From Antedon mediterranea (Eukaryota > Animalia > Echinodermata), in the NCBI RefSeq assembly GCF_964355755.1, contig NC_092678.1, forward strand, positions 19,237,365-19,301,364: a stretch of DNA of 64,000 nt, given 5' to 3'. The notes below the pieces were generated by a model, which saw nothing but the letters and a program-made list of their open reading frames with translations, ran no database searches and was not told the DNA's origin. This document shows, piece after piece, positions 37,992-52,600 of this stretch; within the stretch, counting starts at the first letter, position 1; the number at the start of each line of letters is the position of its first letter. Position numbers and translations under genes: made by a program.

Positions 37992-38904
37992 GAACTCTTC
38001 AGTAAGATCTGCCAGTGAGAAGTACAGTAAACAACGTAAAAGATTTACCGAACCTTGAAAAGCCTTCGGTCTTCTGATGTTAGTGAGCTTCTGCATCGTG
38101 ACGGACGTAGAAGAAAGGAGATCGAAAGATAGCAAAGATGCGCATGCGTATTAGGCCAGGATATACTGTTCCGGGCCACTTTAAAAAGGCTAGGTCTTGA
38201 TTGATTGTGAATGCATTGTGCCGATGCGGGGGAGTTGGGACACAGGTTTAGTTGTTTCTGTGTCAAGGCTACAATAGAAGAAACTCCAAGACCACTGACA
38301 AATCGAAAGCTCCATAAAAATCATTAGCTCTTCAGATAATTCAGATAATATTTATTTAGATAATAATGAATGAATATATACAAAATAGAAAAAAGATATT
38401 AAAGTGAACATAGATAAAGCAGTAATTGGTAGTCATTATTATCATGGATCCCTTCTAGAAGTTAAAAACTTGTCTCGTAGGGACCCATAACAAAACACAT
38501 TACTAAAAAAATAAAAATAACCTAGAATATATAATTATATAATTTAGGATAAAAAATTACAGTATAATAACATAACTAACATCTTCTTTATACAAATTAT
38601 TTAAATTATATTTCAATAGTTTCATGATAATTATAAATGAAATAACTACCGATATTGGTAAATGAAAAAAAAAATATGTATACATAAATTATAATTCCAG
38701 TATATATATAGTATATACTATATATACATTATATATAGTATAGATTAAAGATTGCAATAATAAACAACAAATAATATTTTGTGTAAGACATAAATAGTAT
38801 ATGAGTATAAATAATGATAATAAGCATATTAACTAAGCAGTATAATATTTAGATATATAATGATTCTTTAACTTTTTTCGGAAAGTAAATAATGATATTG
38901 ACGA

Positions 38905-39781
38905 GATTACCACTTTAACATGACCAATGAGCAATGATCTTACAGAAATAACAGATCAGCATTACCGCATAGAAGAACTACATGCATCATACCAATCTAC
39001 CCCTCACTCTATGTCTGCATATTATTAAGTCGAGTAACTTGATACAAATAAACGGACAATAACAGCGGTTGGTTTAAATTTAACAATGCTTCACGTGGTG
39101 CCAAAGACCATACAATAGTAATGAATGATTACGTAATATGGTCCAATAGGTATAGGTATATTAATATAGGCAATTGATAAATTAACAAGTAAGAAAATCT
39201 TACTTATATATCTTATTTTTCGGAAACGCTTGGCCAATTACAAAATAATTATTACAAATGTTGCTATATTACCTCATTTGTGATAGCCGTATTTTTTTTT
39301 AACGATAGCGATATGATACAAGGTAAATAAATAGTGAAGGCTCTAACCATGTCGTTTATACAAAATATATATTCAAGTGACGTGAAATAATTGATGGGCC
39401 AAAATATCTTTTTTTTATTGACCGATATGTAACGTGCAAGCTCCGCCCTTTAAAAAAAAGTTGATCTGCGCATGCGTAAGTAGATCTACAATCGTCAAAC
39501 AAAAACATTAACCGAATGGTATAGAAACATAGAAAAATAAATAAATGTGTGCAGAATAATTATGAAGACAACATGGTAAATTTAAAGTTATATTTTTATT
39601 TTCGAAAATAATTCTCGGATCACCAAATTATATCGACTAATGTTAGGCATAGGTCTTTTATAATCATGGTTTCATGCAACGTATGTTGAATAGTTGTAAT
39701 ATTTTTGTTGCTTGTGTTTGTAAACATATGCTCCATAACTCAAAAATGTATTGTAGATTGAGAAGTATCCTATATATTTAA
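38905..39781. repeat. Duplicated intergenic block of the MOXD1 tandem unit
   Basis: Near-identical to 55851-56720 and homologous to 24600-24900 plus 26540-26790. In each case it lies between one paralog's 3' end and the next paralog's exon 1. Confidence 0.9.
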
Positions 39782-40410
39782 AGCCCCATTCCCTACGTTT
39801 TTTAGATCTAATTTAAGATCACAAACTATATTTAATGTAAAAATAATACTATATGGTCCTATTGCGATAACTTTTTTCGTCTTTAAACGGTTAAAAATGT
39901 GAAAAATAAGTCGATTCTAATAATTATAGCGGCCCGCTATAAATCCCAAAATGCATTGCACGCGGATTGATATTTTTGTTTTTCACCTGTAATTCGTCCA
40001 CTTTTCGATCGATCGTGAGGCCAAAACAAATGGAAGACTCCTAACTTTTCAGCGAAAATACCGGGTTTTCCCCAATTTGTATCAACGGAGTTTGGCAAAA
40101 ATAGAAAGACAATTAATGCAGCAACTATACAACGTCAGGCTAGGTATATAGCTCGCGTACGATGTTCGTACGTTACCGATGTTTACCAGCTAGGCCTACA
40201 AAACTAAGCCTAGCTAGGCTAGGCCTAAGACCGTCCACGAGAGGTCGATCGCCGCGAGCTACTTAGGTAGTGCATTGTTTCTCACTTTTTTTTATCATAA
40301 TTTACCATAAAACGTACATTTAAGACAAGAAATGACATGGTTTAATGTTTTTAAAGTGATATATATGTATTATTTTCCAAAAAACGTCCAAAATTGCAGG
40401 GAAGGGGTCT
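39782..40410. mobile_element. Kolobok-like MITE (TTAA TSD)
   Basis: TTAA|AGCCCCATTCCCTAC ... GCAGGGAAGGGGTCT|TTAA; the empty site TATATTTAAGCTTATAG is seen in the paralogous block at about 56715. Confidence 0.85.
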
Positions 40411-40651
40411 TTAAGCTTATAGTTTAACGAATTTCTTTTTTCATTTTCTGTTTGTTGTACGTTTGTGGATATGGATGAAATTTCTGAAAAAGAAATCGAA
40501 TTGAATTGATAAGTGTGTGTGACCAACCAATGACGACCTTATGTCCTCAATGATGAAGAAGCTTAACAAAAAAGTATAAGTAAAAAGTGTCATGCATTGG
40601 ACCTACTTTTAAAGAGTAATAGACAGCATGTTATTGAACTCTATAACAAGA

Positions 40652-43600
40652 TTATATAAACGGTAAAATAGCTAAGATAAAAACAGTAAACAAAGATCCC
40701 TTTGAACTTGTCGAACGGGAACACTGGTTTTCTTCAACAATTCCATTCTGAATGTCAATCAAATTGTCCAAACTTTTCGTCTCAACATAACCATATCGTC
40801 GCACCTATAAGAAACATAGTATAATGCCTTCTAACAATTGTACCCAATTCGTTTTTAGATAGCGAGGTGGCGACCTTTATTTTACCAACGCAAACTGTTG
40901 ACTGGTAAATATTCTGTATACAAAGATAAATATTAATAGTAACAATCTATATATAAATTTACGTAAGGGCAAAATTCGGTAAATCGCGCGTTATTTCTAG
41001 AATGTTTACTCGATGGTATATAAAGTTGGTTCGTACTTTCGATACTGATTTTAACCACCTGATTTAACCCTGTTTACTTATTAAATTAAGTTAGATAATT
41101 AGTTATTGACGATTAAAACAAATTTAGGTTCAACGATTTGCCCCAAAGAGGGGTGTTTTCCGATCGTGGTATACACTGTCTAATGGATGTCCATCTTGAA
41201 AAATACCCGCCACAAAAATGCGAGGAGGCTTCGCATTTTCCTATCTCCTCCTACGATAATTGTTTTTAATAGCTGAAAACTGGTTGAACAGCTAAAGTAC
41301 AGCATCATAATGTTGAAGACAGGCCAATTTTCTTTAAAAAGTATTATTTTGATAGATTTAATATACGTTTATACAAATGTATTGATTTGCGATGAATGGA
41401 ACATTCCAATCTCTGTTCCACAAGTGTCTATTCCCTCAGGCGTCGTAAAGGCAAGTACTGTATACTCATAACAGAAATTCGATCCATTTTTTTTTTCAAT
41501 CTGTGCTGCAGAGGTTGGATATAGATTTTTTTAAACGGATAATGAGCTAGCGTTTTCAGTCGCCGTATATTACATACAAATCTTTATTATTGTAGTTTGT
41601 CCAGCGGTACGTACATTTGAAATCGCCAGTTTTTTAACGCTGAAATTATTATGTATTCGAGAACCATCTGTGGGCACGACCTAGATGGTACGCGAGCGAA
41701 GCGATAATAAAACCTCCTTGGTTTAACACAAGGAGGTAAATTTATGAGCCCTTGGTTTAACACATACGGTAGGTAAATATATGGGCCCTTTGAGAATAAA
41801 CTTGCAATACTTTGACAATACTGTAAATACCTATTATAAATAAATAACTATTTTTGGTCCTCATTTGAATCGAACATTTCTTACTGTGAATGTTCGTACT
41901 GTTAGATGTAATATAAAAATATATACAAATAAACTGTATTACCGAGATTGGCGTTAGGCTCTACTGTTAGATATATAAACACATTATTATATACAAATAA
42001 ACTTTATACTGACAGTTCCTTCTCAACGTTTGTATTAATTAATAATTACCAATAATATAAACGTCGTAGTGGTGTATCGTGACATGTACTTTAATATTTC
42101 AATCGATTATGACAGTGACAGTTTTAACAAAGTATTAAATCGCAAATGTTTTACTGTATTTAGAGGTATATTATTTAAACATGAACAAAATATTTCGTTA
42201 CTGAGTGGATAAAGAATATATTTAAAAATTGTTCCTCTTTGTACCTATCCGCTTTCCCATCCCTCAACTCTAATGTTACATACAAAACACAAATTGGGTT
42301 TCTTGAAATGAGTCCAAATCAAAAATGTGGACTCATTTTGTGATAAGTTTCTCCTTCGGAAGTAATTCCCAGGGTGCTAATTTTAGTTGACTACATAAAT
42401 CATCGTGTCTATTTATTCGTTTCTGTAAACGACAATGTATTATAGTCCTGCGGTACGTACATTTGAAATCGCCAGTTTTGTTACGCTGAAATTACTGTGT
42501 ATTTGCGAACCATCTGTGGGCACAAACTAGTATTCATAATTTTACAAAAGTTTTAAACCGATTATAAACGAAAATCAGATTTTTATGAGATTAGAAGTGA
42601 AATTTCGTCGGTAATCACAGTCATAGAATTTCATTTAAAGTAGGCCTATATCCCGCATGCAAGCTGTATATAAACATTATAACCCTACCTCCTCTACAAA
42701 TTCATCCTCGTGAAATGCATTGTGACCAGCATGGTCTGTACAGGAAGACATACGGGGTGCTTCTTTCCACCACTTTCTTAAAATATTCACTCTTTCCTTT
42801 GTCCAATATAACTCTTGTAAAGTTTCACGGAAGCTTTTGTTCCTAACATCAAGAAACGGGAAGGAAAATGCTATTATGATAACTTATTACCATAAGCGCT
42901 AATTTAAAGATGTATTGTCCCTTGAAACACAAAAATTGAAGGTCAAAATATTCTAAATTTAAATTGGCCATATCAAAGTAATATTAAAGTTATTCACTTT
43001 AAGACAAAAAGTTTACGTTTACATGTAAATTAATTTGATTACATTTCGTCTGGAAAATCGTCGCCAGCGAAAGTAAACAAAGATGTCACACCACGAGTAT
43101 GCATTATGCTTGATGCTAATTAGGATTGTTTACAACTCGTCACGGTTGAGAAGGTGTTCTCACACAGATCGCGAGGAAGTTTTATGATTATGCATACAGA
43201 GTAGCCAAACAATCGCGTTGCATTATGAGATATGTTTTGATCAAAAACTTTGACTGGAATTCAAAAGTTATTTTTTGAACAAAAAACACGTCTGTATTTC
43301 AGTTAAATGATTTTTTTTTTCGACAAATTTTTGGTGAAAGTTAATAAATATTATGATACTTCAAAATGATCCACTTCTTTTTTAAATCTTTTATTTTTTA
43401 TTTTTTTTGGAATTAGTCAAAGGAATAATACATCTTTAATGTATTCAATTGTTTTTGTTTATTTGTATATAGAAATGCAGCTTACAATAATTCTCCTAAT
43501 AAGTATAGGTTCTACATATTATCCGTAAAACGATAATCATGCACTTATGGCGCGTCATATTAGTTTCTGGCAAAAATATATCAAAAAGTGATGATTCGCT

Positions 43601-46600
43601 GTGTGATGCTCGCAAAGAAATATAAAAAAAGCTAAAAAAGACAATAACTAAATAGTTGTTGGGTTAACTCTGTTTTACCTCCTAATGTAAGAGTTAGGCC
43701 TACATTGGTATTACTTATCTAACTTATTATAGCTCGGTAGAGTGTTCAATTATTATTTACTAACATTCTATAATCGATAAAACTATAACACAGTAATCTG
43801 CTTCGAAAGGCATTGTGGGATAGAGTCGGGGTGTTTTAAGTCATGAAGTAGCATGCCCTCAACATGTTTGAAAGGTAAAACCATCTCTGTAATGTAGAGA
43901 ACATCCGGGAAGTTTAAGCCCAGGAGCGCATGCTTTCATATTATGAGTTAATTTTGTATTCCTGTACATGAGATCTGTAGTGACGGTTTAACGCCCAGTG
44001 TAACCTTACGGCCCAGTAGGCCTACTCCCGATACAATATTTCAAATGCAAACAGATAAGAGATTCTTGTGTTATAGATTCTTTCACAATATGTACGTACG
44101 ACAAATTTTAAAACATTCATTTGCACTGACGGTAGATTATTGTAAAATCTCGTGGTTCTTACTTACCAACAAATTCCTTGCTAATAATAATATGATACCA
44201 TACTTTACATTTTAAAAACAGTGCTCAAATATTACTCACTTTGTGACACCTAAATTAAGATTTTCTTCTAATGTACTTGGCTGTGGACTACTGTAACATT
44301 TTCCAGCATTAGATTTTGGATAGTAAAATAAAAAAGCAAGGCACATTTCTTCCGTTGTCGCCAATCCTCCCTGAAATTTCAATTAGTATTTGTTTTAATT
44401 TTATTATCTAGCAAACGTTGTTTACTAGATTGCAGCCAGCCATTATTGCTCATGGTATTCGTCAACAGAATAACATTTTGGCACAGATGGCGTTTTATAC
44501 ATACTAGTTTCGCGAGTTACTAAAAATTACTAAAAAAGATTAAAACTTCTTTATGTTTTTGTCATACTCACAAAAGTAACATTTGTTCTGCCCATTGTAT
44601 TGTATGTACACTCTACTAATCGATCATCTTTCTGTACAGTTATATGGAATGAGATCAGTAAAGTAAGATAATTAGGATTTACTTGCCAAAGTAAATTAAT
44701 ATTTATATTCATAAAACATGTTATTATATATTCTATTATTTTATTAATAGTGTAGGCTGGTATGTCGTTTATATGAATGTCGTGTATATTTTTTTGTTAA
44801 AAGCAAACTTTGACTTTATTTCATATCTTGATAATATAAGGAATGAAAAAAAATATGTTGCCATTTTTTCAAAAGACATTTAAAGGACCAAATTCAAGAT
44901 GGCCCCCAACATTCAAATAATCCTATTAAAAATCAGAATATCACCAATAATACAAATTATGAATGTGGAACAAGTCCGCTTTGATGGTATTACTGTACCC
45001 ATTATACAATCCTAACTATGTAAAGCGATAATCTGTCGGCCATCTTGGATTTCAAAATGGCCGCCACTAAAAATTAAATTCTTTAAATAATTTTTTTTTA
45101 AATATGTGTGCATAAATTGTTGTTTGTACACAATGTTCTAAAATTGTCACTTCTCACAGGATTGTAAATTGTAAATATAAGGTTAAAGTTGTCAATGTCC
45201 TCTATATAAGATATATAATACCCCACTATGACTATTAAATTAAATAATTGTTCAAAGTTGGAGTTGCAAAAGTATGGAACAAATTAACAATTTATATCAA
45301 ATATTCAACAACAATTACGTCTAACTAGAGGGTTAGACCTCTAGTTCGCTCGCTCCCCTCTAGGAAGTGTAAACGAAGGTTCTCGGAAGGATAATGACTC
45401 GGGTAAAAAGGTTTTAGAAGGACGTTCTCCTTGTACGATTTCTGTCGGTTACCATTATTGAAAATGCTTGAAATTCGAAAAACTAAACCTACTCTGTTTT
45501 ACAGTGTCTTAGATGATTAATAACATTTTAAAGTATAGTGTTTATTGTTTTATAGGGCGGCGGTGAGGAGGCAGAGTTCATTTGAGGGAGATGCTTATTC
45601 GATGGAATTTTTTAGTTTTAATAATATCGTAACATTTATAATCAAATAAAATCCTCTAATAGATATGAAAAGTGGTAAAAAATTATAACAAATGCTTCGT
45701 AAATTATAGTTAACAGTGTAATGAATTCTATTATAAATAGTATATACAATATTGTGTGTATAATTAATGTGGATGGGCGTTTATTAGATAGTTGGGTAGG
45801 TGTGGGAGGGGGGGGGGGGGGGTGTAGGCGATTATTATTCAAAGTGATGTTTTATTGGGGAGGCGTTTATTCAAATAAATACCATCATAATACATTATTT
45901 AATTTAAACATCTTTTGAAACTAACTTCCGCGACAGTGTAGGCCGTTTCGGCCCAAGAAGGAAGATGTTTTAGACGGCTTGCAATATGGGCCCTAATGGG
46001 ACACAGATAGCCTACAGTTAATCCTGCCAGCTTACTCAATAAAACTCGGCTATCGGGATTTTATTTTTTAACTACTGTACCTTCACATGCGCGGTCCGAT
46101 CCGAAAATAAACAAAAAACTAAAATAGCTATAGCCACTAACGACCAACTTAACTGAAACCAGGTAGTTGCAAGGTGAACCTGTGAACTCATCTTGAACCC
46201 GGAAATTACTTTGACCGCGTACAATTGAAATTGAGTTGAAAATCTACCGATGAATCAGAAATTTTGTTTTAAAACTCTTTGTAATAATATTCCTAAGATA
46301 GAAATATGGAACTATATCGTAATAGTGAAAACTGTTTTACATTTCGCGGTACACCTGAGATAGTTCAGGTAGGTATCCAAGGCAGAAATTTGTTCCAAAG
46401 TTTTTCCATTGTGCTCGCCTATGTCAGAATTAACCATAATTTATATATAGATTCTATTCTTTTCATGAAACTGAAACTTGAAAGGAGACAGGACCACAAT
46501 ATAAAACAAGTGCATTTATACCTTATTGTGAAATCCTGTATAAATATGTTAAATAATAAATGCGTTATTGCTATGTAATTCAATGTCTGAACCTTCAGGG

Positions 46601-49600
46601 CCATAGTCACCAGTATGGTTGGTAAGTTTTCAACCTGTCAACTTTTGGCAGAAGCTTGAAGGAAATACAGATACAGCTCTGCCTATAAATAACCTTGTAA
46701 ATGAATGAACTCCTACAGTACTTCTCATCTTCTACAATCTCAACCAATTTCATTAGATATGTAGGCCTACCCCCTACAGACAGACCAGCATTATACACTG
46801 GTTTGATGAGTGCACAAAGGTGTTTGTTGGCCATGGCATGATGAAATTGGACAGAAAATGTTTGAGGCATTGGTAAAAGTCTTGTAGAAGGCAAACTGTC
46901 TATATGGGATCGTAAGAAAAAGACGAATATTGGCAAAAAATATATATGACGGTGAATACAGGTGACAAACTTATCAAAGTAAAAGAAGACTGCTATAGAG
47001 ATTATTTGCCGGTGAAATGAGGTATTTCAGTTATTTTGCCAATTTGTTTCTGAACAACGTTGTTGGGAACGCAGATCAGTCTGTGGAAGTTTGATGGATA
47101 CAGTAGTAGAGAACGAAGGAAGGTCAACTTACTGTATCGCATTCAAGATTAGAAATATTTCATTGAAGGACTTTGGCAGAGTTAGTTGTCATTTAACTGA
47201 AGAAGTTTATGAGATGTTTTAATATGAAGAAGTGTACTGTCAGTACTGTAGACCTCCTGATGGTCAACATTTTGTGTTAATCACCATGTTGTTGTCATAA
47301 GCATATCATTTTGTATATTTCAATCTAATTTTATTTAACTTATACAAGTTTTAATAAGAAATTTAACCAATTTTTTTAAAAATGGCCGCCATTTTGTGTC
47401 AATCACCAATGTTGTTGTCATAGGCGTATCATTTTATGTGATTTCCATCAACGTCATAACTTGCACATGTTTTAATAAGAAATTTAATCCATTTTTAAAA
47501 AATGGCGGCCATTTTGAAATTCAAAATGAACTTAAAATATTATTCATAATGGGTGTTACTTTGTCCAATATGGTACATTTATTGGATATTTTACGTATTG
47601 GCGGCCATCTTGGATTTGACACCCTTAAGCTTTTTTAAAAAAATGGCAACATATTTATTTAATCACATTACATCCTAAAGACACTAAATCAGCTGGAATT
47701 TTGCTTTTAACAAAAAAATGACACGAAATTACATAGTGGCCTACACTATAAGCTCTCTCTACACTACCAAACTCTATGCGACAAAAAATGTGATATGCCC
47801 ATATATGGACACGATGTTGTCGTATCACTACCATATTAGGCACATCACACCTTTTTTGTAAACTAGTTTGAAAGTGTAGACAGAGCTTTACTATACAGCA
47901 ATAATTAAAGTGACCAAAAAGCCTAAGATAATGTCGTCTAGTTCCTAGGCTGTTTTCTAAAACTTAGTTATTGGTATAAATATACATATTATGGCATTTA
48001 ATATAAAAAAATAAGACTACCTAAATAAAATTCAACATAATTTTCTTACTTTTTTTAAAAAAAGAAAATAATGTTAACATTACCGGTTTTACTATCCAGG
48101 GCTCTTTAATGTAACGGACTTCTTGAAGATCAAAGTCATAGGCGGGATCTTTTGAAATTTCCCCAAGGTATTTTCCGTTTGTATAATGTGTGACTCGCAT
48201 TCCAACTCCTGTAAAACGATTAATAAAATAGTGATATTTAATCAAATGAAAAATTCATGACAATTTCAAACACTGAGGTAAACAAGAGTTGTTTTTTTTA
48301 ATTGCTCATTGGGAGTTGTTATGGCACACAACTCGACAGTACAAAAGAAGATGAGAAGATACAAGAAGGAGAAGAAAGAAGGAATAAGAAAAGAGAAGGG
48401 ATGAGAACGGAGGAATGAACAAAGAGGAGAGGTATAAATAGAGGGTATGAGACGGCTGGGATGAGAAGAGATGAGAGTTAAGAAGAAAGTAGAGGTTTAA
48501 CGAGATGAGGGCCGAGGAGAGAAGAAGGGTGAGAAAAAGGGAAGGGATGAGAATAGAGAATGAATGAGAATAGAAAACAGATGAAAAGAGAGAGAAGTGA
48601 TGAGAAGAGAAGAGATGCAAAGCAAAAAGTGAAAAAAATATATATAAAAAAAACGTCAAACCTGCTAAATGTGCATGGAGAACAACAGCAAATATCTTCA
48701 TGTTGCCTTCTGTAAGTAGCTTCAATATAAAAGTAGGATTTTGAGATTAAAATATCTAAAATTAAACTAAAATGATTAGAAAAAAATAGAAAGCATGGAA
48801 CTAAATGTTAAAGGGAAATACAAATTTGGTATGCAATATCTACCTTTTTAAACACTTTGTAGTACAAGATCCGTAAACTGGAAAAGCATCTTGTTTTGGT
48901 GGGATTGGAAAGAATTTTGAAGTTTTCACACCTACCATCAGCATACTTGAATCATACTGCTGAATGATAGACGTGTAATAAATTCGAACACCAGAGTTAT
49001 CGTAAACTCCTAAAAAAACAAAGATTAAACATATCTCAGAAAGATGGTTCATGGAATTATGGTTCCGATCAATAATCCTCTGACGACAAGTACAAACAAA
49101 AACAAAATTCATTCGTACTTTATTAAAACACTGGCTTGCTACAATAGTATAGCGTACACTTGTCTCTCGTACTTGCAATCAACTCCGAGTACTAATCTTT
49201 CTTTTATGCTATTTATGCATTACGTTATTCTAAAAAGTAATCTCGCATTATAAATGAATGTAACTGCCGCCATCACAGGATACTGCATAACCGATTATAA
49301 CTAGCGCCATCACAGAATACTGCATAACAGATTATAACAAGCGCCATCACAGAATACAGCATAACAGATTTTAACTACCGTCACAGAAGACATATTAACA
49401 ATTCAGCAGCGGATCTGCATTTATAGAAGGTCCATAGGTTCTTTGCTGTCCGTCAGACATATAAACAATTTATTCAAACTCAATGAAAAACGATGTATTA
49501 CCTTTAAGTAACTGTGCATTATTGTAGTGAATTGTAAGCTGCAAAAACTTGACTGGATCCTCTCCAGCTATTTTATAACCAACGTTATCTGGAAACTCTA

Positions 49601-52600
49601 AATGCTGGAATGAACACAATTGGTATTAAGCATAATAAGCAGTCCATTGACAAAGCAATAAAATTAGGTACAGTTCCCGTTCAATAACTTACACCGAGGC
49701 AATACGTACAGTTTATTCGAGTGAAGTCAGTCATTGGAAAACAACAAGATTTTAGTACGAAAGCAAGGACTTACCCCTCCCCCGACAGCCCATGCATAAA
49801 TCATTTTAGAACACGCACTGTACTTATACATAGCATCAAAGTAGTGCAAACTCCTATTGCCAGTGATGTTTGTAAGTCCGTAGCATTCTTTTAGAACTAA
49901 ATGATGAACGATTCCTTCATTACCAGGCTGAACGATAGGCTCAATCTACAAGAAATGTCGGTCAAATATTATGTAAGTGTATTTAAACGAAACATTTCTC
50001 ATTAGAATAATCAGTAAAATGATTAGTCTTTTGAAACACGCTCTAAAAAATAGAATTGAACTTTGATATCTTCTTCAGTGTTGTTATTCCCCTGAACCAT
50101 GTAATGATAATTATTATTCTTACCCGAATTACATGATGCGGTGTTGCAAGTTCGGGTATTTCACGGTGATTAGCCCAATATGTAGTGGCGGTATCTTCTG
50201 GTACAAGGACCTGAAAACATATACAGTACTCAAATAAGTTTCCATAAGTGAGATGAAAGGGCAGTTATGGTTTGTGAAAAACGTGGATAAAATGTAGGCC
50301 TACTCTATGTCTCTTCTAGGAAATTTTATAAATATTACTGCACACTATATGATATGTAACGTGAATATAAATTTGGTACTAGACTGAATTAAAAAAAACC
50401 AGTTAGATTATCTTGTACAGATCTTGTAAAACATGTTTCGTCTCTTAGCTGAACTGACTCGGTCTAGAGCAATGACTTTCACGTGTTGACATCATAGAAG
50501 GTTCCAAATCATGAATTGTTTTGAGAACATGAACACTGCCAATGTTTTTGTAAATGTTGTTAAAATGTGAAAGGGAATCGGACTGGAACAACATTTCAAA
50601 GTGATGCCATGATGTCAAACATAACACTACAGTACTACTTATTTTCATTATCAGTTAATAATAACAGAAAATGACTCGTTAAAGCTCAAACGCACAATAA
50701 AGAAACAGTTAAACAACCGATAATGGGAGATATGAATTAAATGAATGAGGGATATACCTACGAGACCGTAGACCTACTGGCAAGAGTATAACCTATAGGG
50801 AAAGAACATTTGTCTTTATCATATTTCTAGAAGTCAAATAATACAACCGGTCAAATCCGAAGAATATTACATCTGCATGTATGTATACTTACATTGTCCA
50901 TTAAAATATCGAAACTGTTAGTGCCTTCCGGTAACTCGTTTACTTTTGACGAACCAACGTTAATAAATACCACAGACTTAACACCCCGCCATTGAGGGCC
51001 ATGGTATACTGCAGTCTGTCCATCATCAGGATCATCCGGATGGTACGACCACATTACCCTGACTGTATCAGACTTCGAAATAAAAAAAAATATTAAGTCG
51101 TGAGGTGATCACGTGTTCCTAGTAATTTGCATAAAGGTGATCCTGGTTCATTATGGTTTACAGGGTGATTGTGTGTTCCTAGTAAGTTACATAAAGGTGA
51201 TCGTGTATTCCTAATAATTTGCATAAAGGTGATCCTGGTTCATTATGATTTACATACAGGTGATCGTGTGCTTCTATTAAGTTACATAAAGGTGATCGTG
51301 TATTCCTAGTAATTTGCATAAAGGTGATCCTGGTTCATTATGATTAACATAAAGGTGATCGTGAGTTCCTAGTAATTTACATGTGATCAGGTGCTCTTAT
51401 GAGTTCGTAACCTTTTGTTAAAATAATAAATGTGTTGGTCAAAATGCAATAATGTATAAGAGTTGTTGTTTTATTGGCCATGGATGGTAACGGGAACTCT
51501 TCAACAAAGCAAAAGTATAAGAATTCACGTGATGAGATTAACAGTAGATCCATAAGTCTTGTGACCAGAACTTGGAATAAATAGGTTAAAGTCCATGCCT
51601 TTAATACAAATACATATAATTTTCATGATACTAAGCTATATACTATACGATTTTAAATAAAAAGACCCTTTAAGTAAAAAGTGAATACCACATACTTACA
51701 GTTATATCGTAATCATTGACGTCACAGGTAACCAATTTTCGCTGGTAGCCTATTGTTGTTAGACCATCTGCTTCACTTCCGTATAACATCTCGTAATCAT
51801 CTAGTGTATCAACTTTAGGTTCTTCATTTCCAATGCCATGTCGATCCTTAAATTAAAATAATTATGTAAAGATGATATAAAAAGCTCTGTCTACACTATC
51901 AAACTTTATGTGATAAAAAAAAGTGTGATGTGCCCATAATGGACATGATGATGTCATATCATTTCTACATTTGGGAAAATCACACTTTTTTTGTCAAACT
52001 AGTTTGATAAGTGTAAGCATTATTTGGAAAGCAATAAAGACATACATTGCATAATAGAAGGAATACTCTTTATTTAATATACTAGATGGTACGCTCGCTT
52101 CGCTCGCGTACCATCTAGGTCGTGCCCACAGATGGTTCTCAAATACATAATAATTTCAGCGTTAAAAAACTGGCGATTTCAAATGTACGTACCGCAGGAC
52201 AATAATATATGTCGTTTACAGGAACGAATAAATAGACACTGTGATTTATGTACTCAACTAAAATTAGCACCCTGGGAATTACTTCCGAAAGAGAAACTTG
52301 TCACAAAATGAGACCAATTGTTTAAGTTAAATTTAAACAAACTTAATTTGTGTTTTGTATGTAACATTAGGGTTGAGGGATGGGGAAGAGGATGGGTGCA
52401 AAAACAAAAATTTTTTAAATATATTCTTTTTCCATTTAGTAACGAAATATTAATTGAACTTATTCAACCTTATGTTCCTAAGCGGTCTCTGAGATCTAGA
52501 TGTGAGTCTCTTCTTGCCCATATATGCCTATTTCATCCTTCCACGTTTTATGGAAATCATTCATTTTCTTCGGCATCCGTTTCTCTATGGAATGCGTTGC

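Noticed and set aside
48306-48725. Hydrophobic ORFs (also 59800-60226) that look like membrane proteins
   Set aside because: They are read-through of MOXD1 exon 8 into a CT-rich low-complexity intron; only the 58-nt exon is coding.
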